Source: Myxococcota bacterium
GTDB taxonomy: Bacteria > Myxococcota_A > UBA796 > CAJQPC01
Length of the DNA stretch: 46,588 nucleotides
NCBI GenBank assembly: GCA_036012755.1
Contig: DASCPX010000082.1
Span: 1-46,588, forward strand
Reading direction: 5' to 3'
Under the pieces are notes generated by a model that worked only from the letters and a program-made list of their open reading frames with translations, was not told where the DNA came from and ran no database searches. Below, piece by piece: positions 38,398 through 46,588 of the stretch (the stretch's first letter is position 1; each line of letters opens with the position of its first letter). The position numbers were made by a program, and so were the translations under genes.

Positions 38398-41196
38398 GTG
38401 GACTCGCTGCTGACTGGCGCCAACGCCGCCCTCCTCGACGACCTGTACCAGCGCTGGCTCGCCGATCCCGCCAGCGTCGAGCCCGACTGGGCTGCGCTCT
38501 TCGAAGAGCACAGGGGCCAGGCCGGTGAGCGGTACCGGGCGCCGGGACCAGACCGGGCGAGCATCTTCAACCCGCGATCGCCCGGCCTTCGGGCGGCGAC
38601 CGAGGCTGACGTCATGGAGGCCAGCCAGCGGCAGGCCAGGGTGGCGCAGCTCATCAACGCATACCGCGTGCGAGGGCACTTCCTCGCCGACATCGACCCC
38701 CTCCATCGAGCCGACCGGCGCCGGCACCGCGAGCTGACGCTGCCCTACTGGGGGCTGTCCGACCAGGACCTCGATCTGCCGGTCCACTCCGAGCCCATCT
38801 TTGGCGAGCCCGTCGTCAGCACGCTCCGGAGCATCCTCGCCCGCCTCGAGAAGACCTACTGCGGCTCTTTTGGTGTCGAGTTCATGAACATCGACGACAA
38901 CGAGCAGAAGCAGTGGGTCGCCCAGCGCTTGGAGACCCTCTACGACGCCGGGCCGATCCTGGCTCCGGCCGAAGAGCGCCGAGTGCTCGAGAAGCTCGCC
39001 GACGCGGAGGGTTTCGAGCGCCTCATCCACACCCAATTCCCCGGCACCAAGCGCTTCTCCCTCGAGGGCGGCGAGACCCTCGTCCCGCTGTTGGACGACC
39101 TCGTCGAGGACGCCGCCGAGCAGGGCGTGCGCGAGATCATCATCGGCATGGCCCACCGCGGGCGTCTGAACACGATGGTGAACATCCTCGGGAAGCCGGC
39201 CGCGATGGTCATCGACGAGTTCCAGGACGTCGAGCAGGACTTCACCGGCTCCGGCGACGTGAAGTACCACCTCGGCTACAGCCGGGATCACGTGACGACC
39301 CGCGGGCACCCCGTCCACCTGAACCTCGCCTTCAACCCCTCCCACCTCGAGGCGGTGGACCCGGTCGTAGAGGGCCGCGTCCGCGCCAAGCAGGATCGCT
39401 TCGAGCACGAAGAAGCGGAGAGCGTCGATGTGCGGAAGCTCTGTATGCCGCTCTTGATCCACGGCGACGCGGCCTTCGCCGGTCAGGGTCTCGTGGCAGA
39501 GGTCCTCCAGCTCTCGGAGCTCGAGGCCTACCAGACCGGGGGCACGGTGCACGTCATCGTGAACAACCAGATCGGCTTCACCACCTCGCCGAGGGACGCA
39601 CGCTCCACGACCTACGCCAGCGGAATGGCGCGCATCCTCGGCATTCCGATCTTCCACGTCAACGGCGAGGACCCCGCGGCGGTCGCTGCGGTGACGCGCC
39701 TCGCGGTGCACTGGCGTCAGCGCTACCACCGGGACGTCGTCATCGACATGTACTGCTTCCGCAAGCACGGCCACAACGAGGGTGACGAACCGAGCTTCAC
39801 CCAGCCGCTGCTCTACGAGGCCATCCGGAACCACCCCTCACCGCGGGACGTGTACGCCCGCCACCTCGTCGAGAAGGGCAGCCTGACGCGACAGGAGTGC
39901 GACGCGATCGTCGGCCGCTCCCGCGAGCGCCTCGAGAACACCGGCGAGCCGGGGCACGACAGCTACGAGGGCATGCCCCAGACCTCGATGGGCCAGCTCT
40001 GGGCTCGCTTCGTCGGCGGCGAAGAGGACCCCGACACGGGCTTCGACCGTGGCGAGCTCGTCCGGATCCTCGAGACGGCCAACACGATCCCAGAGGATCT
40101 CCACGCCCACCGCAAGATCGGCCGACTCATGGGGCAGCGCCTGGAGATCCTGAGTGGTGAGGCGCCCGTGGACTGGGCCATCGCCGAGCAGGCGGCCTTC
40201 GCCACCCTTGTCGTGGATGGGATCAGGGTGCGGCTGAGCGGCCAGGACAGCGGGCGTGGCACCTTCAGCCATCGCCACGCCGTGCTCACGGACATCGACG
40301 ACGGCTCCGAGTACGTTCCGCTCGATCATCTCAGCGAGGACCAGGCGCCCTTCCGCGTCTACGACTCGATGCTCAGCGAGGCGGCGGTGCTCGGCTTCGA
40401 GTTCGGCTACTCGCTGGACTACCCGGACGCCCTGGTGATCTGGGAGGCGCAGTTCGGGGACTTCGCCAACGGAGCGCAGGTCATCATCGACCAGTTCATC
40501 GTCGCCACCGAGCAGAAGTGGAACCGCCGCTCCGGGTTGGTGATGCTGCTTCCCCACGGCTACGAGGGCCAGGGTCCCGAGCACAGCTCCGCGCGCATCG
40601 AGCGCTACCTCATGCTCTGCGCAGAGGACAACGTCGTCCTCGCCAACTGCACCACGCCGGCCAACTTCTTCCACCTGCTGCGACGCCAGGGTCTCCGCGG
40701 CGTGCGCAGGCCGCTCATCGTCTTCACGCCGAAGAGCCTGCTACGCCATCCGGAGTGCACCTCGACGCTCGAGGAGCTCTCCGATGGACACTTCCAGTCG
40801 GTCATCGGCGATCCGAAGACGCTCTCGGCGCGCAAGGTCAAGCGCGTCGTGCTCTGCCAGGGCAAGGTCGCCTTCGAGCTGCTCGCAGCGCGCCGGGAGC
40901 TCGGGTTGGACCGCGTCGCCATCGTCCGGGTCGAGGAGCTCTACCCCTTCCCGGCGGAGCGCATCCTCGAAGAGGTCGGCCGCTACGGCAAGGTCGAGGT
41001 GGTCTGGTGCCAGGAGGAGCCTCGCAACATGGGGGTCTGGCCGGTCTACGGCGACTGGCTGCGCGAGCTCCTCCCAGCCGAACGACAGCCCCGCTATGTG
41101 GGGCGGGTCGTCGCGGCCGCCCCTGCCACGGGCTCGACGGGAAAGGCCCGCCGTGCCCAGGCGAAGCTCATCGAAGACGCCCTGACACTGAAGTGA
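38398..41196 (+). CDS. sucA: 2-oxoglutarate dehydrogenase E1
   Basis: [76 protein letters not shown]. Confidence 0.98.
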   Translation: MDSLLTGANAALLDDLYQRWLADPASVEPDWAALFEEHRGQAGERYRAPGPDRASIFNPRSPGLRAATEADVMEASQRQARVAQLINAYRVRGHFLADIDPLHRADRRRHRELTLPYWGLSDQDLDLPVHSEPIFGEPVVSTLRSILARLEKTYCGSFGVEFMNIDDNEQKQWVAQRLETLYDAGPILAPAEERRVLEKLADAEGFERLIHTQFPGTKRFSLEGGETLVPLLDDLVEDAAEQGVREIIIGMAHRGRLNTMVNILGKPAAMVIDEFQDVEQDFTGSGDVKYHLGYSRDHVTTRGHPVHLNLAFNPSHLEAVDPVVEGRVRAKQDRFEHEEAESVDVRKLCMPLLIHGDAAFAGQGLVAEVLQLSELEAYQTGGTVHVIVNNQIGFTTSPRDARSTTYASGMARILGIPIFHVNGEDPAAVAAVTRLAVHWRQRYHRDVVIDMYCFRKHGHNEGDEPSFTQPLLYEAIRNHPSPRDVYARHLVEKGSLTRQECDAIVGRSRERLENTGEPGHDSYEGMPQTSMGQLWARFVGGEEDPDTGFDRGELVRILETANTIPEDLHAHRKIGRLMGQRLEILSGEAPVDWAIAEQAAFATLVVDGIRVRLSGQDSGRGTFSHRHAVLTDIDDGSEYVPLDHLSEDQAPFRVYDSMLSEAAVLGFEFGYSLDYPDALVIWEAQFGDFANGAQVIIDQFIVATEQKWNRRSGLVMLLPHGYEGQGPEHSSARIERYLMLCAEDNVVLANCTTPANFFHLLRRQGLRGVRRPLIVFTPKSLLRHPECTSTLEELSDGHFQSVIGDPKTLSARKVKRVVLCQGKVAFELLAARRELGLDRVAIVRVEELYPFPAERILEEVGRYGKVEVVWCQEEPRNMGVWPVYGDWLRELLPAERQPRYVGRVVAAAPATGSTGKARRAQAKLIEDALTLK

Positions 41197-41200
41197 TCCA

Positions 41201-42370
41201 ATGGTCGAGTTGAAGATCCCCCAGGTAGGCGAGTCCATCGCCACCGTCTTTGTCGCGCGCTGGCTCGTCAAGGTCGGCGAGTCCGTCACGGAGGGACAGC
41301 CGGTCCTCGAGATCGACTCCGACAAGGCCTCGATGGAGGTGCCGGCGATCGTGGACGGCGTGCTCGCCGAGCAGCTCGCCGAGGAAGGCGACGAGGTCCC
41401 GATCCTCTCCGTCATCGCCCGCATCGACGAGACCGCCGCCGTTGCGCCGAGAGCAGTGGAGTCGGTCCCCGAGGCCCCCGAGGTGTCTGCCCCCGCGTCT
41501 CCGGCCGTACGCCAGGCCGCGCGCTCGGCGGACGTGGATCTCGCTGAGGTCGATGGGACCGGGCCGAAGGGGCGCATCACCCGCGCCGACGTGGCAGCCA
41601 TCGCCAGCTCGGTGGTCAGCTCGGTGAGCTCGGTGGTCGCCTCGGGCGGTCAGGCACCGCCTGCTCCCGCTGGCGCCGTCGAGCGGGTCCGCATGACACC
41701 GCTGCGTCGGATCATCGCTCGGCGCCTCGTCGAAGCCCAGAACACCGCGGCGATGCTCACGACCTTCAACGAGATCGACATGAGCGCGGTGATGGAGCTC
41801 CGCAAGCGCTACCAGGAGCGCTTCGTCGAGCGGCACGGGATCAAGCTCGGCCTCATGTCCTTCTTCGTGAAGGCGACCCTGGAGGCCTTGAAGGGGCACC
41901 CGGCGGTCAACGCCGAGATCGACGGGGACGAGATCGTCTACAAGCGCTTCTACAACATCGGCGTCGCCGTGAGCGGGCCCAAGGGCCTGGTGGTCCCGGT
42001 CCTGCGCGACGCGGACCGGCTGAGCTTCGCGGAGACCGAGCTGGGCATTCGGGAGCTGGCGATCCGCGCCCGCGACAACAAGCTGCGCGTCGAGGACTTC
42101 AAGGACGGCACCTTCACGATCAGCAACGGCGGCGTCTTCGGTTCGCTGATGTCGACGCCGATCCTCAACCCCCCGCAGGTCGGCATCCTCGGCATGCACA
42201 ACATCGTCCAGCGGCCGATCGGTGTGGACGGCGAGATCGAGCTCAGGCCGATGATGTACGTGGCCCTGTCCTATGACCACCGCATCATCGATGGCCGTGA
42301 GGCGGTGGGCTTCCTCAAGCGCATCAAGGAGTGCGTCGAGGCACCCGAGCGGGTGCTCATCGACGTGTAG
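41201..42370 (+). CDS. sucB: 2-oxoglutarate dehydrogenase E2, dihydrolipoyllysine succinyltransferase
   Basis: Lipoyl domain [10 protein letters not shown]3-binding [38 protein letters not shown]. Confidence 0.98.
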   Translation: MVELKIPQVGESIATVFVARWLVKVGESVTEGQPVLEIDSDKASMEVPAIVDGVLAEQLAEEGDEVPILSVIARIDETAAVAPRAVESVPEAPEVSAPASPAVRQAARSADVDLAEVDGTGPKGRITRADVAAIASSVVSSVSSVVASGGQAPPAPAGAVERVRMTPLRRIIARRLVEAQNTAAMLTTFNEIDMSAVMELRKRYQERFVERHGIKLGLMSFFVKATLEALKGHPAVNAEIDGDEIVYKRFYNIGVAVSGPKGLVVPVLRDADRLSFAETELGIRELAIRARDNKLRVEDFKDGTFTISNGGVFGSLMSTPILNPPQVGILGMHNIVQRPIGVDGEIELRPMMYVALSYDHRIIDGREAVGFLKRIKECVEAPERVLIDV

Positions 42371-42828
42371 TCATTCCTCGGCGACGAGGTCCACGAGGTA
42401 CTCCAAGTCGGCGAGGTCCTTGTGATGGCCCGCTTCCTGCTTCGCGCGGATCAGATCCCGCAGACCGAGAAACGGAATCGGGTAGGAGCCCTCGACTCGC
42501 CCAGTCCAGGCGGAGTCGAAGGTCACCGAACCCATGCCGTTCATCAAATCCACTCGGTTGGGCCTGAATCCGAACTGCACCACGATTCGCGGCCGCGCGA
42601 GGTCGTCTGCGCCCTCGAGGAGGGGAACGCTCCCCCCCAGAAGTCCAGCAAGGCCGCATAGAGGCGCTCGCAGTTGTCCCGGCCCCGGTCGAAGAAGATG
42701 TCGAGATCCTCTGTGGTCCGGGCATAGCCATGGAAGGCTACGGCGTGACCTCCGACCACCAACGCACGGACCTGATGTGTCGCCAAGGTCTCCAGGAGCT
42801 CGAGCGAGTCAGGCGGTAGCTTCGTCAC
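42371..42828 (-). CDS. Nucleotidyltransferase-fold protein (DUF6036-like), one frameshift near 42620
   Basis: VVGGHAVAFHGYARTTEDLDIF ... QFGFRPNRVDL ... DLIRAKQEAG..KDLADL; adding one C in a C-run joins the two halves. Confidence 0.85.
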
Positions 42829-43018
42829 GAACGAACACTCGGACGCAGTCGGGATCCCGAAGCCGTGACTCGGCGTTCGGCCAGGCTCGACGCCCCAGAT
42901 CGGCCAGCGCGTCCAGGCGTTGCTCCGGAGTCATCTCCCGGTGCCACCGCTTGTCGAACGCAGCGGCCTCTTCCCAGCTCTTCGCGATGTGAACGACCCA
43001 GCCGTCTCGTTTCCTCAT
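42809..43018 (-). CDS. Small partner protein upstream of the nucleotidyltransferase, 69 aa
   Basis: SWEEAAAFDKRWHREMTPEQRLDAL; overlaps both neighbours. Confidence 0.75.
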   Translation of the reverse strand: MRKRDGWVVHIAKSWEEAAAFDKRWHREMTPEQRLDALADLGRRAWPNAESRLRDPDCVRVFVRDEATA

Positions 43019-44165
43019 GGACTCAGTCCAGCACCTCGGTGACGTCGAGCACGACGAGCTTGTTGCCGTCCCCGTAGGCCACCTGCATCCGCCCGTCCGC
43101 GTGGCGCAGCGCCGGGTCGTGGGCCTTGCTCGTCGCGGTCAGCCGCAGCTCGACCAGTTCGTCGTCTCGGATGAAGAGCAGGCTGTCCTGGGCCTTGGAG
43201 ACCACCGCCAGCCAGTCCTTCGCCTGGCTGTGGCGATTGACAGGCGCGATCTCCTCCTGGATCACCACGTCGTCGACGACGAGGTCGGTCTTCCAGTCCT
43301 CGCCCATCTGTTGCCAGCTGAGCCCACCGGACTCCAGCCAGACCAGGAACTGGACCAGCGGCGCCTTGACCGATCGGGCGCCTTCCGCGGTGAACACCTG
43401 GCCGTCCCGGATCCAGGCCAGCTCCGGCCCCGGGGCAGGTTCGCTTCCTTCGCCGTGGAGCACGCGCTCGTTGGTGAGCAGGTCGACCTCGACGATCTGC
43501 CCGTCCTCCACGAACCAGATGCGGTCCCCGAGGCCGGCAGGCTGGAGCTGCTCCGCGGCCGGCGACGCGGGGGCGACGAGGACCTCCGGTCCCCCCTCCC
43601 GCTGGAGCTTGATGCGCTTGTCCTGCGCGAAGGCCAGCCCTTGCGAGGTCCAGGTGGGCCACGACGCCCCCTTCGTGCCCGGGATGCGCGCGTAGCCATC
43701 TGGGGTCCAGCGCACGAGGCTGGTCGAGGATCCGCCGTCGAGGAGGGCATAGGCTGCTTCCATGCCCTCCGGGGCCCACACGGGGGAGCGGACCTGGACG
43801 CGTGGGGCGTGCTCGGAGACCCACATCTCGCTGGTGTCTTCGATGGTCACAACGGTGGTCAGCCTGCGCTGGCCGACCACGTGCACCCGCAAGCTCTGGC
43901 CATCGGCGGTCGTGAGCTCGGCGTCCACGCTCCCCGAGGAGCTCGACGAGCTGCTCTCGCTGACGGTGTGTTGGCGGGTGCGCCGCGGCTGGCGTCGGTC
44001 CGAGGGCGTCTCGAGGTCGTCCCCTCTCTCGTCGGGTGTCGTCGTCGCGGCCTCTGCGGCCTCGTCGTTGTCTCCGCGCCGATCCGAGGAGGTCGCCAAC
44101 CACGCCGCCCCGGCCCCGGCGAGGGCCCCGACGACGAGCAAGAGGGCACGGTCTCGATTCTGCAT
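43015..44165 (-). CDS. Membrane-anchored hypothetical protein, probably TolB-like beta-propeller, 380 aa (ORF 43023-44165)
   Basis: N-terminal TM, Ser-rich linker, SPVWAP / WPTWT / EPA motifs. Confidence 0.7.
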
Positions 44166-44238
44166 GCGATGACCAGACAGCAGCTTTCATGCCAGCGTTC
44201 CAGCCGCCCTGTGGCGGCCCATTCGGACAAGCTGTCGC

Positions 44239-44254
44239 TGGCACGCTCGTTGCG
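44239..44254 (+). promoter_or_regulatory. Putative sigma54 promoter
   Basis: TGGCACgctcgTTGCg matches TGGCAC-N5-TTGC, about 47 nt before ATG 44301. Confidence 0.6.
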
Positions 44255-44300
44255 CCACTCCATCTCCGACAGGGTGTCTCCCGCGCGGTAGTGTGCGGCC

Positions 44301-45092
44301 ATGAGCACGAAAGACGAACTGCCGCCACCGCTTCCGACCATCGACGAGGACGAGTCGACCACGGAGCTCGGGGCCTACGACACGGCGCTGGACCCCAGCC
44401 CGCTGGACCCCAGCCCGCTGGAGCCACTCCCCGAAGAGCCACTCCCCGAAGAGCCACTCCCCGAAGAGCCACTCCCCGAAGAGCCAGCGCCGGAGCCATC
44501 CTTGATGGAGCCACCTCCGCTGGGCGCTGACCTCTCCGCTGCTCTCGCCGCGCGCGACGACGACACGGACGTCGCCACCCTCGCCGCCTCGCCCGAAGAG
44601 GCGGCTCGGCTACGGGACGAGGCTCGCATGCGTGCGCTGCCGGCCCCGCCGCATCCCTCGGCCGACCTGGCGCTCAGGACCAAGGAGCAGATCGAGGAGG
44701 AGAAAGAGGCGGCGATCCAGGCCATGCTCAAGGGCGAGGATCCAAAGCCACCTGCGCCGGCCGAGCGTGGACCGGTCCAGAAGCGCGCGACCCCCGCGGC
44801 TCTCCCGGTCCTGCTGGGCCTCTCGGGCGCTTGGAACATCATCAGTGGGATAATCTGGGTGCTCGGGATCGTGACCGCCCCGATCGCCATCGGGTGCTGG
44901 GTCGTCGCCTTCTTCGAGATCCGGCTCGCGATCCAGGCAAAGGATCTCGATGTTCGCGAGGTCGCCGAGCGTGCAAAGGTCATAAGCTACGTAGAGATGT
45001 CCGAGCTCGTCTGGGCCCTGGGCATCTTCACCTTCGGCTTCGGCGTGGCGATCCAGATCTACGCACGGAGGCTCCTGAGCGAGAACCCCTGA
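44301..45092 (+). CDS. Hypothetical protein with a Pro/Glu-rich disordered N-terminus and C-terminal TM helices, 263 aa
   Basis: (LDPSP)2(EPLPE)4 repeats; hydrophobic C-terminal third; TAGTGT 6 nt before ATG. Confidence 0.8.
   Translation: MSTKDELPPPLPTIDEDESTTELGAYDTALDPSPLDPSPLEPLPEEPLPEEPLPEEPLPEEPAPEPSLMEPPPLGADLSAALAARDDDTDVATLAASPEEAARLRDEARMRALPAPPHPSADLALRTKEQIEEEKEAAIQAMLKGEDPKPPAPAERGPVQKRATPAALPVLLGLSGAWNIISGIIWVLGIVTAPIAIGCWVVAFFEIRLAIQAKDLDVREVAERAKVISYVEMSELVWALGIFTFGFGVAIQIYARRLLSENP
44386..44486 (+). repeat. 15-bp tandem repeats: (cgctggaccccagcc)x2 then (gagccactccccgaa)x4
   Basis: Read directly; perfect copies. Confidence 0.95.
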
Positions 45093-45144
45093 GTGTCCGG
45101 TCAGTCCCACGAGCACTAGCACAAGCCGGCGGCGGGTCGGCCGC

Positions 45145-46189
45145 TGGTGGTGTCCGGACTTCCTCGAGCCGGTCTGTGACGGGGCCGAGGCCGTGTGGGA
45201 CTGGGCCTTCGGTGAGAGCTGGTGGGAGGCCTACAAGGCGGCAGGAGAGGACCCGCGCCAGAAGATGGTGCTCGAGGCCTTCAAGGACGGCTCGCTCCAG
45301 GGCCATATCGACGCCCTGAGCAACGAGGAGGCCGTCGATCCCGCACAGTTTCGCGAGGAGCTCGGCGAGGTCCTCGACTACCTCCAGCAGCTGGAGATGA
45401 TGAAGGCCGCCGGGAAGTCCTGGGAAGAGATGGCCGAGATGCAGCGGAAGTTCATGACCAGCAGAGGCCAAGAAGGCCGCCGAGGAGGCGAAGAAGGCCT
45501 CGGGCGCCTCCGGGCTGGTGCGCGACGAGGACATCCAGAACGCCCACAACGAGGCGGTCGGGGACCAGGACTACATCGAGGAGGTCGAGCCCGACAAGAC
45601 CACCTGGGCCGGGTTCACTCCGGAAGAGAAGAAGAAGTGGCTCGCCCGCGCTGCCGCAGCGATCAGCACCTTCGTGGCCTGGGCGGCGAAGGAACACCCC
45701 GAGCTGAAGATCAAGAAGACCGAGATCCACCAGGATCTGAAGGGCTGCGAGGAGATGGGCGCGGTTGCCTACGTCACCGGGGACGAGTGCTTCAACGTCG
45801 GGATGGAGCTCTACGACGAAGCCGCCGCGGGCATGCCCGGCTACCAGCAGAAGCCCTGGGGCGACCCAGCGCGCGACGCCGAGTGGGAGCGCTACGAGTA
45901 CTTCGAGTCGGAGATCGGCGCGCTGGTCCGAGAGCACACCTACTGGCACGGTTCAGAGGACCTGAACAAGGACGGCACCGTCGCCGACGACGAGCAGAAC
46001 CCGCTCGGGGCGCCGCTGGACCTTCTGGACCACCTCCTGAAGAACATGGCCGAGCAGTGGGCTCCCAACCTCCGCGCGGCCTACGTGACGGGCATGGCCC
46101 GTCGTTTCCGCGCTGACCCGCGGGTCACGGATCAGGCGGCGGCTGCCTTCGAGGCGAGCTGCACGAGCGTATTGGGCGTCACTCCGTGA
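45145..46189 (+). pseudogene. Hypothetical helical protein, 5'-truncated with a frameshift near 45460
   Basis: Coding bias starts at WWCPDFLEPVCDG, upstream of the first start codon (45193); ...QRKFMT joins AEAKKAAEEAKK... in the frame ending at 46189. Confidence 0.6.
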
Positions 46190-46588
46190 TGTGGTGGCTG
46201 GCCTGTGCCGCAGCCTCCGAGACCCCAAGCGAACCAGCCGCCGAGGTAGCTGAGATGAGCCAGGCCGAGACCCACGTTCGAGCCCTGAACAACCGCGCGA
46301 TCCCACAGGTCTGGAAGCCAGCCGCCGCCTGGTGCCTGGAGCACCCGGGCGAGGCCCACCCGGTGATGCTGGAGGTCCTCGCGGAGGGCGGTCCAGAGTC
46401 AAAGCGCATCCTGAGCCTGCTGCCCCAGATGGGGCTGGCCGAGGCGGTGCCTGCCATCGCTGCCTTGCTGGATCACCCGATCCATGCCTCCAGCGCTGGC
46501 AATGCCCTCGGGCTGCACCCGGACCCCTCTGCGCTCGCGGCTCTCGTCGAGGCCCTCGGGCAGGACTCCTCAGAGGCCCGCAGCGCGG
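46189..46588 (+). CDS. HEAT-repeat lipoprotein (partial, runs off the window)
   Basis: TGATG overlap; MWWLAC; AVPAIAALL...AGNALG..ALAALVEAL. Not in the ORF track. Confidence 0.75.
   Translation, partial: MWWLACAAASETPSEPAAEVAEMSQAETHVRALNNRAIPQVWKPAAAWCLEHPGEAHPVMLEVLAEGGPESKRILSLLPQMGLAEAVPAIAALLDHPIHASSAGNALGLHPDPSALAALVEALGQDSSEARSA

Noticed and set aside
38013..42370. cyaY-sucAB without lpdA as a novelty
   Set aside because: E3 is often encoded elsewhere; this is an ordinary housekeeping arrangement.

Overview
High-GC (about 70% by eye), very densely packed bacterial DNA, most likely from an uncultured Myxococcota lineage: it has a MYXO-CTERM tail, Hanks-type kinase-ATPase-TPR genes, sigma54 motifs and many acidic lipoproteins. 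The left 17 kb is a run of secreted or surface proteins (beta-propellers, VWA, Kelch, lectin, TSP3/MopE repeats, FG-GAP/CARDB, a coiled-coil fibre). The middle holds a Thr-type sulfatase-like enzyme, four GT-C-like polytopic membrane proteins, an MlrC peptidase, purF, an orphan DNA methyltransferase, a hydrolase-TerB-UDG operon, a homocysteine methyltransferase and two broken kinases. The right end has cyaY, sucA-sucB, a small-protein/nucleotidyltransferase pair and a broken toxin-like gene with a HEAT lipoprotein. I found no rRNA, tRNA, CRISPR, transposase or integrase. The most striking window-wide signals are (1) ultra-short lipoprotein signal peptides with no basic residue and Cys at position 6-10, followed by D-S/T-G linkers, (2) TANNNT boxes 5-7 nt before SD-less starts, suggesting leaderless mRNAs, and (3) many gene remnants and apparent deletions. 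Several single-base frameshifts lie in homopolymers and may be long-read errors. All family calls come from motif recognition by eye; no searches were run.
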